DNA of 64,000 bases from Candidatus Doudnabacteria bacterium (GTDB lineage: Bacteria; Patescibacteriota; JAQUNI01), in NCBI GenBank assembly GCA_041644975.1, contig JBAZQX010000007.1, positions 1,906-65,905 of the forward strand, in the 5' to 3' direction. Under the pieces are notes generated by a model. That model ran no database searches. It had not been told where the DNA came from and saw only the letters and a list, made by a program, of their open reading frames with translations. The position numbers were made by a program, and so were the translations under genes. Below, piece by piece: positions 18,584 to 30,448 of this stretch. Within the stretch, counting starts at the first letter, position 1. Every line of letters starts with the position of its first letter.

Positions 18584-19268
18584 CTAAATCTTAATTTCTT
18601 CACCACAGCCTACCAATTTAGCCTCTCCATTTCTGACAAGAATTGCCTGTTCATCTGTAAGTATTTTAACCGGATACTTTGAAGTTGAAATTTTCCGCTT
18701 AAGAACTGGGGCATATTCTGGCTTAAAATGTACTGACAGCAGAAAGGGCACTAAGTTTAAAGCTCTCAAATCGGTTAATCCGAATGTATTTCTATCTGGA
18801 TGTTTCCAATACGCCATTTCTATGGTGGGGCAAGCGATACAACTTCCCGCGCTGGCGCCAATATAAATAACACCTTTTAAAATAAGCTCCTTCACAACCT
18901 TATCAAAGCCGCTCTCTCTAACGCATTTCAATAAATAAAAAGTATTTCCGCCTTGGACATAAATAATATCCTTATCGCCAAGCAGCCTCCTTAAGGATGT
19001 CGTTCGCGAACGACATCCTTAATTCATCCTCGTTCTTGCCCTCAATATCAATTTCTTGCACATGGAATCCAACATCAGCCATTATTTGGCTGTCTTTTTT
19101 AACATAAGAAATGTCATCCTCGGCTTTTGAAGCAGTAGTAATATGGGCGAGTTTTATTTGATTAGCTGGTCTAGGGAGAAGTTTCAAAATTTCTTCCTTA
19201 AGGATGTCGTTCGCGAACGACATCCTTAACATTTTCATACCAGCAGAGGTTAACAGTAGTGTTTTCAT
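18584..19268 (-). pseudogene. Peptidase S51 (dipeptidase E-like) frameshifted by a 28-bp palindromic insertion
   Basis: MKTLLLTSAG...; removing 28 bp at about 18995-19022 restores ELRRLLGDKDIIYVQGGNTFYLL...IGASAGS. Confidence 0.88.
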
Positions 19269-19381
19269 AATCTAATGCGAAACTATTTTTCAAAATATTA
19301 ATTGGCTTGCATTGAGGCTCCACAGGGCTATCGCCACTATGGAGCCAACAAATTTAGCTAAGTATGAAGCTGGTGCGCCGG

Positions 19382-20803
19382 CTAATACTTTGTATTTACA
19401 TAATATCCATGTCTACCTCCGCACCTATAGCCATTTTTATCTTTGTGTTCTCGAATACTACTATCGTGTTTAGTCTTGGTAAATTTTCTTCCACAATAAC
19501 TACATTGATAAATATATTTTGGCCCAAACGACGAAGCTCGCGAAATTCGACTAGACGATCTCATTATACCAGAATTTCTTCGGGAACGTGGGGCGGGTGT
19601 TGGTCTATTCGGGTCAAAAAGATAAGGATTCTCAGGTGTTTCTCCTGCTTTTGATAATTCTATCGGATATTGTGGTGCAAATTTTTCTTCTGTATTTTCT
19701 ATAGATTCAATTCTTTCCGCAATAAAACATCTAACGCCGGGCTTATTTTCTCCACCGCTTCGGTTATAAACATAAAAATATTCTCGCTCTACTCCGTCTT
19801 TGCGTTGAAGATATTTCAAGGAATATGGCTCAACTATTCTATCTGCCCCTTTGTAACGAATTTTTAAGAGCGTCTGTTTTCTGCCAGCTTCCATAATAGG
19901 CACTCTCAGTTCTGGACCAAAATATGCAAACTGCATAAATCCATTATCAGGATAAATTCCAAATAAACTTTCAATATCAGAAAGAAAAATAGTTATAGCT
20001 TCATCTACTCCAAATATAAACTCTTTAGCGCAAACAACTGTCTTATCCCAATATTTTTTAAAATAATCGAATGGTGTCTTGTGTAAAATATTTTTTAGTA
20101 CATGGGGATTTCTCCCGAAAATTGTCTTTTGTACAAAAGCTTTAACGACTTCCTCTTTGTTTAGCTCTCCACCTAAAAGCTTAACGGAATAGACATAATC
20201 AAATAAATCGGGCGGGTGTTGTCGCTGTAAAAGGCATTTGAGTTTTGTGGCGATAATTTCTTCAAGTTTCATACATCGTATTTCGCACGCTACTTCATTA
20301 GCGTCCGAATACGGATGAATTAACCTAACTGTTTGTAACGGTAATAGGACTTTATCAAAACGGGTGATGTCCATTGAAATTCTGATTTTTATATAATCAG
20401 ATCTTCCATAAAAGTCTTTGAAATAAATTCGAGCTTCATAAACACGCAAGTCAGGTATCGGGGCTTCAGAAGCTAAAAATTTTTCTTCAATTTTATTATC
20501 GTCTTTTACAAAAGACACACCCGCTTTTTCTTGAATAAAATCACAAACTTTGTTGATTTCATCAAGTAAAACATTTTTTTCTATATCATTGGGAATACCA
20601 AAGTCTAAGTCAGATGAGAAGCGAGTATTTTTGAAATACCCCTTACGTAACGCATTCCCGCCTTTCAAAAAAATGGTTTCCTTGAGGTTGCTTGTTGTAA
20701 AAATTCCAAAAATTAGCCAACCAAAAACATAATCACGCTCGACATTGGCTTCGTGGATTTCAAATTCTTTTGCTTTTGATTCAATTTCATCTTTTTGAAT
20801 CAT
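19382..20803 (-). CDS. AbiEii/DUF1814-family nucleotidyltransferase fused to WYL and C-terminal Zn-finger domains
   Basis: ERDY, KGGNAL, RFSSDLDF, DLFD; IRYKGADRIVEPYSL...VRCFIAERIESI; CSYC...H...C. Confidence 0.82.
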   Translation of the reverse strand: MIQKDEIESKAKEFEIHEANVERDYVFGWLIFGIFTTSNLKETIFLKGGNALRKGYFKNTRFSSDLDFGIPNDIEKNVLLDEINKVCDFIQEKAGVSFVKDDNKIEEKFLASEAPIPDLRVYEARIYFKDFYGRSDYIKIRISMDITRFDKVLLPLQTVRLIHPYSDANEVACEIRCMKLEEIIATKLKCLLQRQHPPDLFDYVYSVKLLGGELNKEEVVKAFVQKTIFGRNPHVLKNILHKTPFDYFKKYWDKTVVCAKEFIFGVDEAITIFLSDIESLFGIYPDNGFMQFAYFGPELRVPIMEAGRKQTLLKIRYKGADRIVEPYSLKYLQRKDGVEREYFYVYNRSGGENKPGVRCFIAERIESIENTEEKFAPQYPIELSKAGETPENPYLFDPNRPTPAPRSRRNSGIMRSSSRISRASSFGPKYIYQCSYCGRKFTKTKHDSSIREHKDKNGYRCGGRHGYYVNTKY

Positions 20804-22200
20804 TGACTTTGCTGATTAGCTTCATTGGCTTTGGCTATGGCCTGTATGTAATATAAAAGACGTAAGTTATACAACTCGGCTGCTTTTTCATTGATTTCAC
20901 CCCAATTATCAAATAAATCACCGACTGGCCTTTGGTCTTTTCCTGGATTATCTTCAAATTTTTTCGAATAATCAATTCTAATCTTTAAGGCTGGATGAGA
21001 ATCATAAACGTTGTGTATTTGACTCCTTGAAAGAATATTATTTTGAAATTCTTCAATATCTTTTTTATTTAAACTCTTGAAAACGACCTCCATGAATTTC
21101 GAAAAATTTGAAATAGTTTTTTCTTCTTTCAATAATCCTGGTACATATTTTGACTGAATTATTTCACTAAATATTGTATCGTTCATAGCAATTTTTAATA
21201 ATCCATTTCCGAATGCTTTACCGCCATACATTTGCATCGCCATTATATCAGCCATAACTTCTCTAATTCTTGAAAAACCATTTGTTATTTTAAAATATAG
21301 CTTTACGTACAAAAGTAAAAGCCAATAGGCAGGATTAAGCATCATCATAAAGCGAACCAAGCCGCCCTTTTCTTTTTCATCTTGTGATGGACCGGGCATA
21401 GAATGCAAAGTATTTATTAAGGAATTGCCCATCAAATATGTATAAGAACTCCACGAGGTATCACGGTTACTAAAATGTCCATATTCATGGGCAAGTATCG
21501 CTCTAAATTCATCAACTGTTAAATCATATAAAGAAGATAAGCCGATTTCTAAAACCCTTTCACCACCACCGAAAATTGTTGAAAACAAATTACCCTGCAA
21601 ATAAACACCTATTCCAGGGTCAGGAGTAATGATTATTTTATCAATCGGCTTTGCCTTAATTTCTTTGGCAATTTCTTTTGTTAAATTCCAAAGCTCTTTC
21701 TGTTCATTTTCGATAATAGTAATCCCGGAGGTTTTTCGTTTGGGTGGAAAAAATAAATAATAAAAACCGATTAAAATAGCGATACCCGTTCCAATTGCTA
21801 CAACGGCAAGACCAATTAAAATCCCTATGGGTACACGCTCCAAATTAGAAATAAGCATCAAACCATAAAGCGCGAAATCAATTGCGGCAAAAAGTGCTAA
21901 AACTAAAAGATAAAAAAGAAAAGGAAGTAAAGTGATTAGCAAAAGACCAAAGGTTCGAAGTAGCCCTTTGTCGTCAAATAACTCTTTCTTTTTCCCGTCC
22001 AGAAAATTTTGTACAGAATTATTAAATTTTTTATCTAAAGAGCCACCGACCGCTCTGACAATAAGATAAATAATTAAGGCAACAACAATATAGAGTAAAA
22101 GGTCTTGATAATTAAAAGATATGGAGGTGAAATTAGAAAGTATCAAAAATCCAAATACAATGGTTAGAAATAGTGAAAATAATAAGGCGATGGTTTTCAT
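20800..22200 (-). CDS. M48 (HtpX-like) membrane zinc metallopeptidase
   Basis: Several TMs, LAHEYGH, SRIREVMAD, DSHPALKIRI; ATGA overlap with the next gene. Confidence 0.85.
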   Translation of the reverse strand: MKTIALLFSLFLTIVFGFLILSNFTSISFNYQDLLLYIVVALIIYLIVRAVGGSLDKKFNNSVQNFLDGKKKELFDDKGLLRTFGLLLITLLPFLFYLLVLALFAAIDFALYGLMLISNLERVPIGILIGLAVVAIGTGIAILIGFYYLFFPPKRKTSGITIIENEQKELWNLTKEIAKEIKAKPIDKIIITPDPGIGVYLQGNLFSTIFGGGERVLEIGLSSLYDLTVDEFRAILAHEYGHFSNRDTSWSSYTYLMGNSLINTLHSMPGPSQDEKEKGGLVRFMMMLNPAYWLLLLYVKLYFKITNGFSRIREVMADIMAMQMYGGKAFGNGLLKIAMNDTIFSEIIQSKYVPGLLKEEKTISNFSKFMEVVFKSLNKKDIEEFQNNILSRSQIHNVYDSHPALKIRIDYSKKFEDNPGKDQRPVGDLFDNWGEINEKAAELYNLRLLYYIQAIAKANEANQQSQ

Positions 22201-22240
22201 AAATTATTTTCGGTTATGTAATTTTTATTACACATTAATA

Positions 22241-22654
22241 CTATTTGAATGGATCTGGCATCCCAGATTCATCTACAAAGAGTTTGTGAACTTGTTTTTG
22301 TAGCTTCCGATGAATGTCTGCCTTAATAGTGGGGTCATTATAACCCTTAACCACTACACTCATCTTTTCTGCAACCTCATCCATGTTTTTGCAAGGTAAA
22401 ATATAGCGTACAACAGCTTCTAGAAGAGAACCGTTAATACCAATTTGTTCAATACGCACACAGAAAAAATCAAGAAACTCACTCATATCGTGTTTGAAAA
22501 TATTTCCCGTAGGTATCATTCCTCCAAAAGTAAGTTTAAGAATAGCTATCTCGGTTTGCGTAAAGGAAACGAGGATGCGCTTGCCGTCATCCAATCGGAT
22601 TTGAGAAAATGTTCCGCTCGGTTTTCTATCTGAAAAATTGATTATCTTGCTCAT
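22241..22654 (-). CDS. Hypothetical protein
   Basis: 137 aa, co-oriented with island genes. Confidence 0.65.
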   Translation of the reverse strand: MSKIINFSDRKPSGTFSQIRLDDGKRILVSFTQTEIAILKLTFGGMIPTGNIFKHDMSEFLDFFCVRIEQIGINGSLLEAVVRYILPCKNMDEVAEKMSVVVKGYNDPTIKADIHRKLQKQVHKLFVDESGMPDPFK

Positions 22655-22659
22655 AGTTT

Positions 22660-22712
22660 TATTTAATTAAATCATCAACCTTAACATCTAACGCTTTGGC
22701 GATTTTGTAAAA
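22660..22712 (-). pseudogene. XRE-type HTH C-terminal remnant
   Basis: Translates as YKIAKALDVKVDDLIK*; no start, cut at a repeat. Confidence 0.55.
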
Positions 22713-22820
22713 TTCCTGCTGGTCCACCCCGTTAGAAAATTTATAAAATCTTCAACGGGTTTTTATAATATCAAAAAATAAAAATTATTCTTATGCCTTT
22801 ATTTGATTTTTCTAACGGGG

Positions 22821-22892
22821 TGGACCGAGTGGGAATTGAACCCACGACCTCCTCATTGCAAATGAGGCGTTCTACCACTGAACTACCGGCCC
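22821..22892 (-). tRNA. tRNA-Ala(TGC)
   Basis: G3.U70 pair, CCTCAT/ATGAGG arm around TGC, GGTTCAATTCC. Confidence 0.95.
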
Positions 22893-22923
22893 TTGGGATT
22901 TATTCTTGATAATTTTATTAAAA

Positions 22924-22995
22924 TCATTGTCTCGCTTTGCGAGATCCCGCGTAGCGGGACAAATGCGGCACTCTAGCCAACTGAGCTAACGGCCC
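22924..22995 (-). pseudogene. tRNA-Ala(TGC) pseudogene, 5' half with a 30-bp insert in the anticodon
   Basis: gggccgttagctcagttggctagagtgccgcatttg[22930-22959]caatga. Confidence 0.8.
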
Positions 22996-23039
22996 AAATG
23001 TAAATTACAAATGTAGATACAAAAGAAAATAACAAATTT

Positions 23040-23089
23040 TGGTGAGGGGTTGCACGCCTGTGGCGCTCTACCAGCTAAGCTACGGGCCC
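23040..23089 (-). pseudogene. tRNA remnant (5' acceptor strand and D arm)
   Basis: gggcccgtagcttagctggtagagcg...acca; no anticodon or T arm. Confidence 0.55.
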
Positions 23090-23404
23090 GTTTATAAAAT
23101 TAAACACTCTGTCGCGCTCTCGCACGACCTCCTTGTGTCAAGCTTTCGCTTGACCTCCTTAATTCATTTCAAAATTCTTTGCTGTTATTATAACTAAAAA
23201 AGACCCTTTAAACAAGGTTCTTTTTTTATCCGCAAAGGAGCTTTCCTTTGGCAATTAAACAGTGATAGGAAACATCTTAGAATTTAAAACACATTTTGTT
23301 TTAAAACGCCGTGTTTTAAGTTAACCACTACCGTGTGGCTTTTTTAGCGTTTGTTTGATAACAGTATCCCTTGCGAGATACCGCGACAATATTTTTCTCC
23401 CTAG

Positions 23405-25626
<2,222 letters not shown>

Positions 25627-25743
25627 GATAATCAGCAATTAGCTCATAAAAGCTAGATTACTAATTATATAAATAGACGTTCCTATCACTATTTAATTGT
25701 CAAAGTTCAAAAATATTTTTGCTCTTAAACTAGAGCATAATTT

Positions 25744-25772
25744 ATATTAGTCTATGGATAATGGTTTGTCAA
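25744..25772 (-). promoter_or_regulatory. Sigma70-type promoter for 16S
   Basis: TTGACA-17 nt-TAATAT. Confidence 0.65.
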
Positions 25773-25833
25773 GTTTTGGAACAGGGCTCATTTTAGCCCA
25801 AAATCCAAGCCTTAAATTTAGTCTTAAAAACAT

Positions 25834-25862
25834 TGACAAAAATATTAAAATGTGCTAAGATT
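25834..25862 (+). promoter_or_regulatory. Divergent sigma70-type promoter
   Basis: TTGACA-17 nt-TAAGAT with extended TG. Confidence 0.6.
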
Positions 25863-25984
25863 GAAGTATCAAAATTTGATGTCATTACGAGGGATCCCCC
25901 GCCTTTTATAAAAGGTAAGGGGCTCCTCGCAATGACGGAATGTTCTTTGTTTGCAATTTTTAGAATAACAAGGAGGGATTAAGG

Positions 25985-26248
25985 ATGAATTTGCCGGATT
26001 ACCGCAAACTTCAGAAATCACAGTGGAAAACCGAGAAGCCGATGGTTTGGCCTATTGTGCTTCTTATAGTTTGCTTGATGATTTTTTTCGCGATTGGGGC
26101 AGGAGTCTGGGTCCATAGCGGCGCGAAAGACGCAGGGCTCGGAAAGGATATCCTCATTTCCGAAGCCATTGGCTTTGTCCTGTGGCTTATAATCTTCCGC
26201 ATCAAAAGAGGAGCGGAGAAAGCGGAATTTTACAAAAAATTCCGTTAA
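25985..26248 (+). CDS. Small two-TM membrane protein
   Basis: AAGGAGG upstream, two hydrophobic helices, terminator at 26264-26296. Confidence 0.65.
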   Translation: MNLPDYRKLQKSQWKTEKPMVWPIVLLIVCLMIFFAIGAGVWVHSGAKDAGLGKDILISEAIGFVLWLIIFRIKRGAEKAEFYKKFR

Positions 26249-26305
26249 ATCTTTTCTCCTCAATCAGCCGTGTTCTCACAAACGGCTGTTTTTTTCTATT
26301 TAACC

Positions 26306-27295
26306 TTACACTCGTGGTGTTTGAATATCACGATTCTCTATACCCTTCCTCCTTGCTTTTTTGACAATTTTAACAATAATCCAAACAATAATACCGATAG
26401 GTAAGAAAAAGCCAACTAAAAAGACTAAAATCCAAATTAAACGATCAACAGTCTTTTGACCAACACCAATTAAGGTTTTAAAAGCTTGCTTTAAAGTTTC
26501 ATAGGGTTTCCATTTCTCCACGCCGCTTCCTACCCGCGTTTCTTCAGACAATTCCAAGGTCAGCGTGGACATATCCGTCATATTCACAAGATACTGCAAC
26601 TGGCCTTGCAGTCTTTCAATCTTTTCCCGCACTATAGAAAGCGCGGAAGCCACTTTTAAAATATCCTCCACTTCTGTCGCCTTTTTCATAATTTCCAAGT
26701 ACTGCTGTTCTTCGGCTTGGGCGTTTTTAAGCTGCGCCTGCAAATCCACATATTCTTCGGTTACATCTTGGCCCGAGACTTGCTCGCGACTGACCACTCT
26801 GGCTAAATCCTTAACTTCATCCAGAATAGTGTCAAATTTAGCCGCTGGCACTTTAATCACTACGGTGCCGCTTTTCATGCCTGTCTCGCTCTCATAAACG
26901 TAAGAGCTTTGGACAAAGCCTTGCGAGCGCGAGGCAATACTCGTTAAATCGGCTACGGCGCTGTCCACACTGCCCACTGTTATTTCAAGATTGCCTGTTT
27001 TAATAATTTTCTTCTCGGTAAGATTGGCTGCGTCACCGGCGCTGCCGCTTTCCGTAGGAGCAGCGCTTGGGGGCATTGCGTTTTCCGCCAACTCGGAATC
27101 GCTTGATCTTCCAGACTTAGAAAGCCCACTCGCGCTTGGTAGCGCGCTAACACTGGAGAAGCGCGTATCCGCGCTTTCCTCGTTTTGTGTTCCGCCCATA
27201 AGCAGAGAGAATGCAACGCCGCCAACAATCAGAATGATTAACAAACCGACAAAGCCCAAGCTAATACCTAGAATAATTTTTGCTTTTCGCGACAT
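26306..27295 (-). CDS. DUF4349-like protein
   Basis: KIIKTGNLEI, QDVTEEYVDLQAQL, coiled coil, terminal TMs. Confidence 0.8.
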   Translation of the reverse strand: MSRKAKIILGISLGFVGLLIILIVGGVAFSLLMGGTQNEESADTRFSSVSALPSASGLSKSGRSSDSELAENAMPPSAAPTESGSAGDAANLTEKKIIKTGNLEITVGSVDSAVADLTSIASRSQGFVQSSYVYESETGMKSGTVVIKVPAAKFDTILDEVKDLARVVSREQVSGQDVTEEYVDLQAQLKNAQAEEQQYLEIMKKATEVEDILKVASALSIVREKIERLQGQLQYLVNMTDMSTLTLELSEETRVGSGVEKWKPYETLKQAFKTLIGVGQKTVDRLIWILVFLVGFFLPIGIIVWIIVKIVKKARRKGIENRDIQTPRV

Positions 27296-27460
27296 AAATT
27301 TTGTTTTTGTTAATTTTATATTTGTTAATTTTATAAAAGAAAACGCCCCGCAGAAGATGTTCTCCTTTGCAGATTCACTACTTCTATTTTACTTCTTTCT
27401 TATTTTTTTACCAATCATCAAGAATGACCTCGCATAATATAATTCCAGGACGGCTGTTTT

Positions 27461-28135
27461 TTATTTTTTATTTTTCTCCCTCCACTCTTTTATCTTCTGA
27501 TGATTACCGGACAAAAGCACCTTTGGAACTTTCAAGCCTTGAAAATTATCGGGGCGGGTGTAATGAGGGTATTCAATATTATTTTCGGGCAGAGAAAATG
27601 ATTCCTCATTTAAGGATTCCTCGTTGCCTAAAACTCCTGGAATGAGCCGGCTCACCGCGTCCACAATCACCATAGCGGGAAGCTCGCCGCCGGTTAAAAC
27701 AAAGTTGCCAATGGATATCTCTTCATCCGCAAAATAATCCGCCACTCTTTGATCCACGCCTTCATAATGCCCGCAAATTAAAACCAATTTTTTAAAATGG
27801 CTAAGATCGCGAGCCATTTTCTGATCAAAAGTCTTGCCGCGCGCGGAAAGCAAAATTACGCGCGCGGAAGAATTATCGCGGGAGATGCCCTCGGAACTAA
27901 TTCTCGAGGGGAGAATTTTTTTTAAAGCACGATGGATAGGCTCAATTTTCATCACCATCCCAGCGCCGCCTCCATAGGGCACATCATCCGTGGTTTTATG
28001 TTTGTCGCGCGTGTAATCCCGCAAATTATGAATATTGATTTTGACCAATCCTTTATTTTGGGCGCGGCCTAAAATACTCCCGCTAAAATAGGAGTCAAAA
28101 ATTTTGGGGAAGATTGTGAGAATATCAAAAAACAT
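27461..28135 (-). CDS. trmD: tRNA (guanine37-N1)-methyltransferase
   Basis: DDVPYGGGAGMVMK, CGHYEGVDQR, SIGNFVLTGGELP, EYPHYTRP. Confidence 0.97.
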   Translation of the reverse strand: MFFDILTIFPKIFDSYFSGSILGRAQNKGLVKINIHNLRDYTRDKHKTTDDVPYGGGAGMVMKIEPIHRALKKILPSRISSEGISRDNSSARVILLSARGKTFDQKMARDLSHFKKLVLICGHYEGVDQRVADYFADEEISIGNFVLTGGELPAMVIVDAVSRLIPGVLGNEESLNEESFSLPENNIEYPHYTRPDNFQGLKVPKVLLSGNHQKIKEWREKNKK

Positions 28136-28319
28136 ATAAAAATGGAATAATGAATTTTGAATCCCACCTACGCCCTTCGGGCTTCGGCGGGCAGGCAGGA
28201 ATCAGGAAGTTTTATTAAAAGATTCTTCCTTATTCCTGATTCAGTTCTATTTTAACCAAAACCGCCTCTTTAATCAAGGCGGTCTCGGTGTATTGAAAGC
28301 TTGAATTAAAAGCTTATCT

Positions 28320-28646
28320 TTACAGTTTCAGATCATCAACTACGTCAGTAGCTTGATCTTTCGGAGCTTCACTTCTGCCACGGCCTCGGGTAGAACCCTC
28401 GGGCTCAATAATCTTGAGGTTTACACGGGCATTGTTTTTTGCTCCGACCACTCTTAAAAGAGTTCGGATTGAAGATGCAGTCTGGCCGTTGCGTCCGATA
28501 ACTTGACCCATATCCGCGGGGTCAACCTCTAAAGTGATTAGCACTCCCATTTCATCAACGGTGCGATTAGCTTTCACTTTATCCGGATTATCAACTAGCA
28601 TCTGCACTACATACTCCAGGAACTCTAAATCCTTTTCTTTAGCCAT
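28320..28646 (-). CDS. khpA: KH-domain RNA-binding protein
   Basis: LVDNPD, DMGQVIGRNGQTA; upstream of trmD. Confidence 0.85.
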   Translation of the reverse strand: MAKEKDLEFLEYVVQMLVDNPDKVKANRTVDEMGVLITLEVDPADMGQVIGRNGQTASSIRTLLRVVGAKNNARVNLKIIEPEGSTRGRGRSEAPKDQATDVVDDLKL

Positions 28647-28767
28647 ACTTCTTTTTGGACTTACTTAACTTATTATTTCAATAAATAAAGTGAAGGTCGA
28701 CCTAAAAAGCTTTCACTTTATTCACTGTTAATAAAATACACTATTTTTTCAATTTTGTCAAGGAAAA

Positions 28768-30177
28768 CTACCTCATCACATTTAAAGGATTAACTGCTCC
28801 TTTACTCGTTCTAATCTCAAAATGTAAATGAGGACCTGTGGACCAGCCGGTAGAACCTACATAACCGATTAGTTCTCCAGCCTGAACTTTTCCGACCGTC
28901 CTTTTGTAACTGGATAAATGGGCATAAACTGTCTCACTGCCACTGGGATGAGAAATTACGATGCTTTTACCATAACCGCCCCGCCAACCGGAAAAAATAA
29001 TAGAACCGCCGGCAGCGGCATAAATGGGCGAACCTGTGTCCCCGTCAATATCCACCCCATGATGACGATAACTGTAATACTGGTTGATTTTATGTGAACT
29101 CGTAGGCCAAATCCAACCCCCTTTACCTTTCGCGGGAATGGAAGGAGATTCCTCTTCCTCATTTTGAGGCTCATAAACCAAAGCGCGGGAAGATTCCTCA
29201 CTCGGTGCATACTTCGGAGGAAGCGGGATCTTCCCGCCCGGAATCATTAAACTTTGACCAATCTGAATATTCGCCTCACTCCCTAAATTATTATATTCAA
29301 TAATCTTCTGGATATCTCCCTCGTAAACCTTGGCGATTTCAGAAAGAGTGTCGCCGGCTTTGACCGTATACAAAACACCAGAAACGGGGGGAATCTTCAG
29401 AATATCGCCTGGGCGGATGTAAGACGTTTCCGAAAGGTTGTTCGCAGAGAGAATAGTGACTACACTCAACCCATATTGCAGAGCAATGGAACTTACTGAT
29501 TCTCCGGGGGTCACGGTGTGCTGCACCACCTCTGTGCGCGCTTCTTCTACGGGTCCGGCTTTCACCTCTTGTTCCAAAAGAGGCAAAGGAATCAGGGCAT
29601 TACCTTGCACTGTCGGGAGAGCCATAGGATCGGATGTGAATCCTCCTCTCTCCTCGTTGTTATCCGCCGCAGCCAAAACGGTAGCTGACATTTCCGAGGT
29701 AAAACCGCCTATGCCATGAGGGAGAGCTTCTGGATCATTGCGACTTTCCACCAAACGTTCCTCATCACTTTTTAAAATACCGCTAAATAAAATACTCGTG
29801 CCCTGTCTTTCCTCGCCTTGGTTTTGATCCTTGCGACCCTCTATATTATTCCAAACCACCAATAAAGCAATCAGAATGACCATTAAATGCACAGTGTAAG
29901 AAGGCGCAAAAGGGGAAAAATTTTTAGGAGACCTTTGTAAAGAGCTCCATTTAATATGATTTTTGAAAAAAATAAAAGACCTTTCTGCTTTCTTTACTAA
30001 ACTACCTGAAAGATGAACCTTATTTATCGTGAGATCGGCCTGCGCCCGAGAAAGGGTTTTGTCTAATTTTTGATTAAATTGTTTGCCTGTTTCCTCTATT
30101 TCTTCTGGATTTGTCTGATATCGTTTCCTTCTTTCCCTTGCCGTCCAATTCAAGAAAGAAATTATATTTTGAGACAA
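28768..30177 (-). CDS. LysM-containing M23 peptidase
   Basis: Two LysM repeats, HHGVD, YAHL, STGPHLHFE. Confidence 0.9.
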   Translation of the reverse strand: MSQNIISFLNWTARERRKRYQTNPEEIEETGKQFNQKLDKTLSRAQADLTINKVHLSGSLVKKAERSFIFFKNHIKWSSLQRSPKNFSPFAPSYTVHLMVILIALLVVWNNIEGRKDQNQGEERQGTSILFSGILKSDEERLVESRNDPEALPHGIGGFTSEMSATVLAAADNNEERGGFTSDPMALPTVQGNALIPLPLLEQEVKAGPVEEARTEVVQHTVTPGESVSSIALQYGLSVVTILSANNLSETSYIRPGDILKIPPVSGVLYTVKAGDTLSEIAKVYEGDIQKIIEYNNLGSEANIQIGQSLMIPGGKIPLPPKYAPSEESSRALVYEPQNEEEESPSIPAKGKGGWIWPTSSHKINQYYSYRHHGVDIDGDTGSPIYAAAGGSIIFSGWRGGYGKSIVISHPSGSETVYAHLSSYKRTVGKVQAGELIGYVGSTGWSTGPHLHFEIRTSKGAVNPLNVMR

Positions 30178-30448
30178 TATAACTCACTCCTCTTTAAGCG
30201 AATTAGATATCCTTAAAAATGCATCCGAAACTGCTAATTTATAGCTTAGCATAGGGATTAAACACTGTCAAAAGATTTATCCCCACTCTTTTGATGGCCA
30301 TTGTTCGACTGTTCTATTGCTCAATTGTTAATAGGATAACCATGGCAAATCCACGAACGATAACAATCGAACAATTGAATAATGAACCCCGTTAGACCCC
30401 GTTTAGAAATTTATTTCTAACGGGATGAACTTTCTCTAACGGGGTAAA

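Noticed and set aside
19370-19381. TGGTGCGCCGG as the distal att site of the tRNA-Ala island
   Set aside because: Looks like a tRNA end but does not match tRNA-Ala (TGGACCGA) and is too short.
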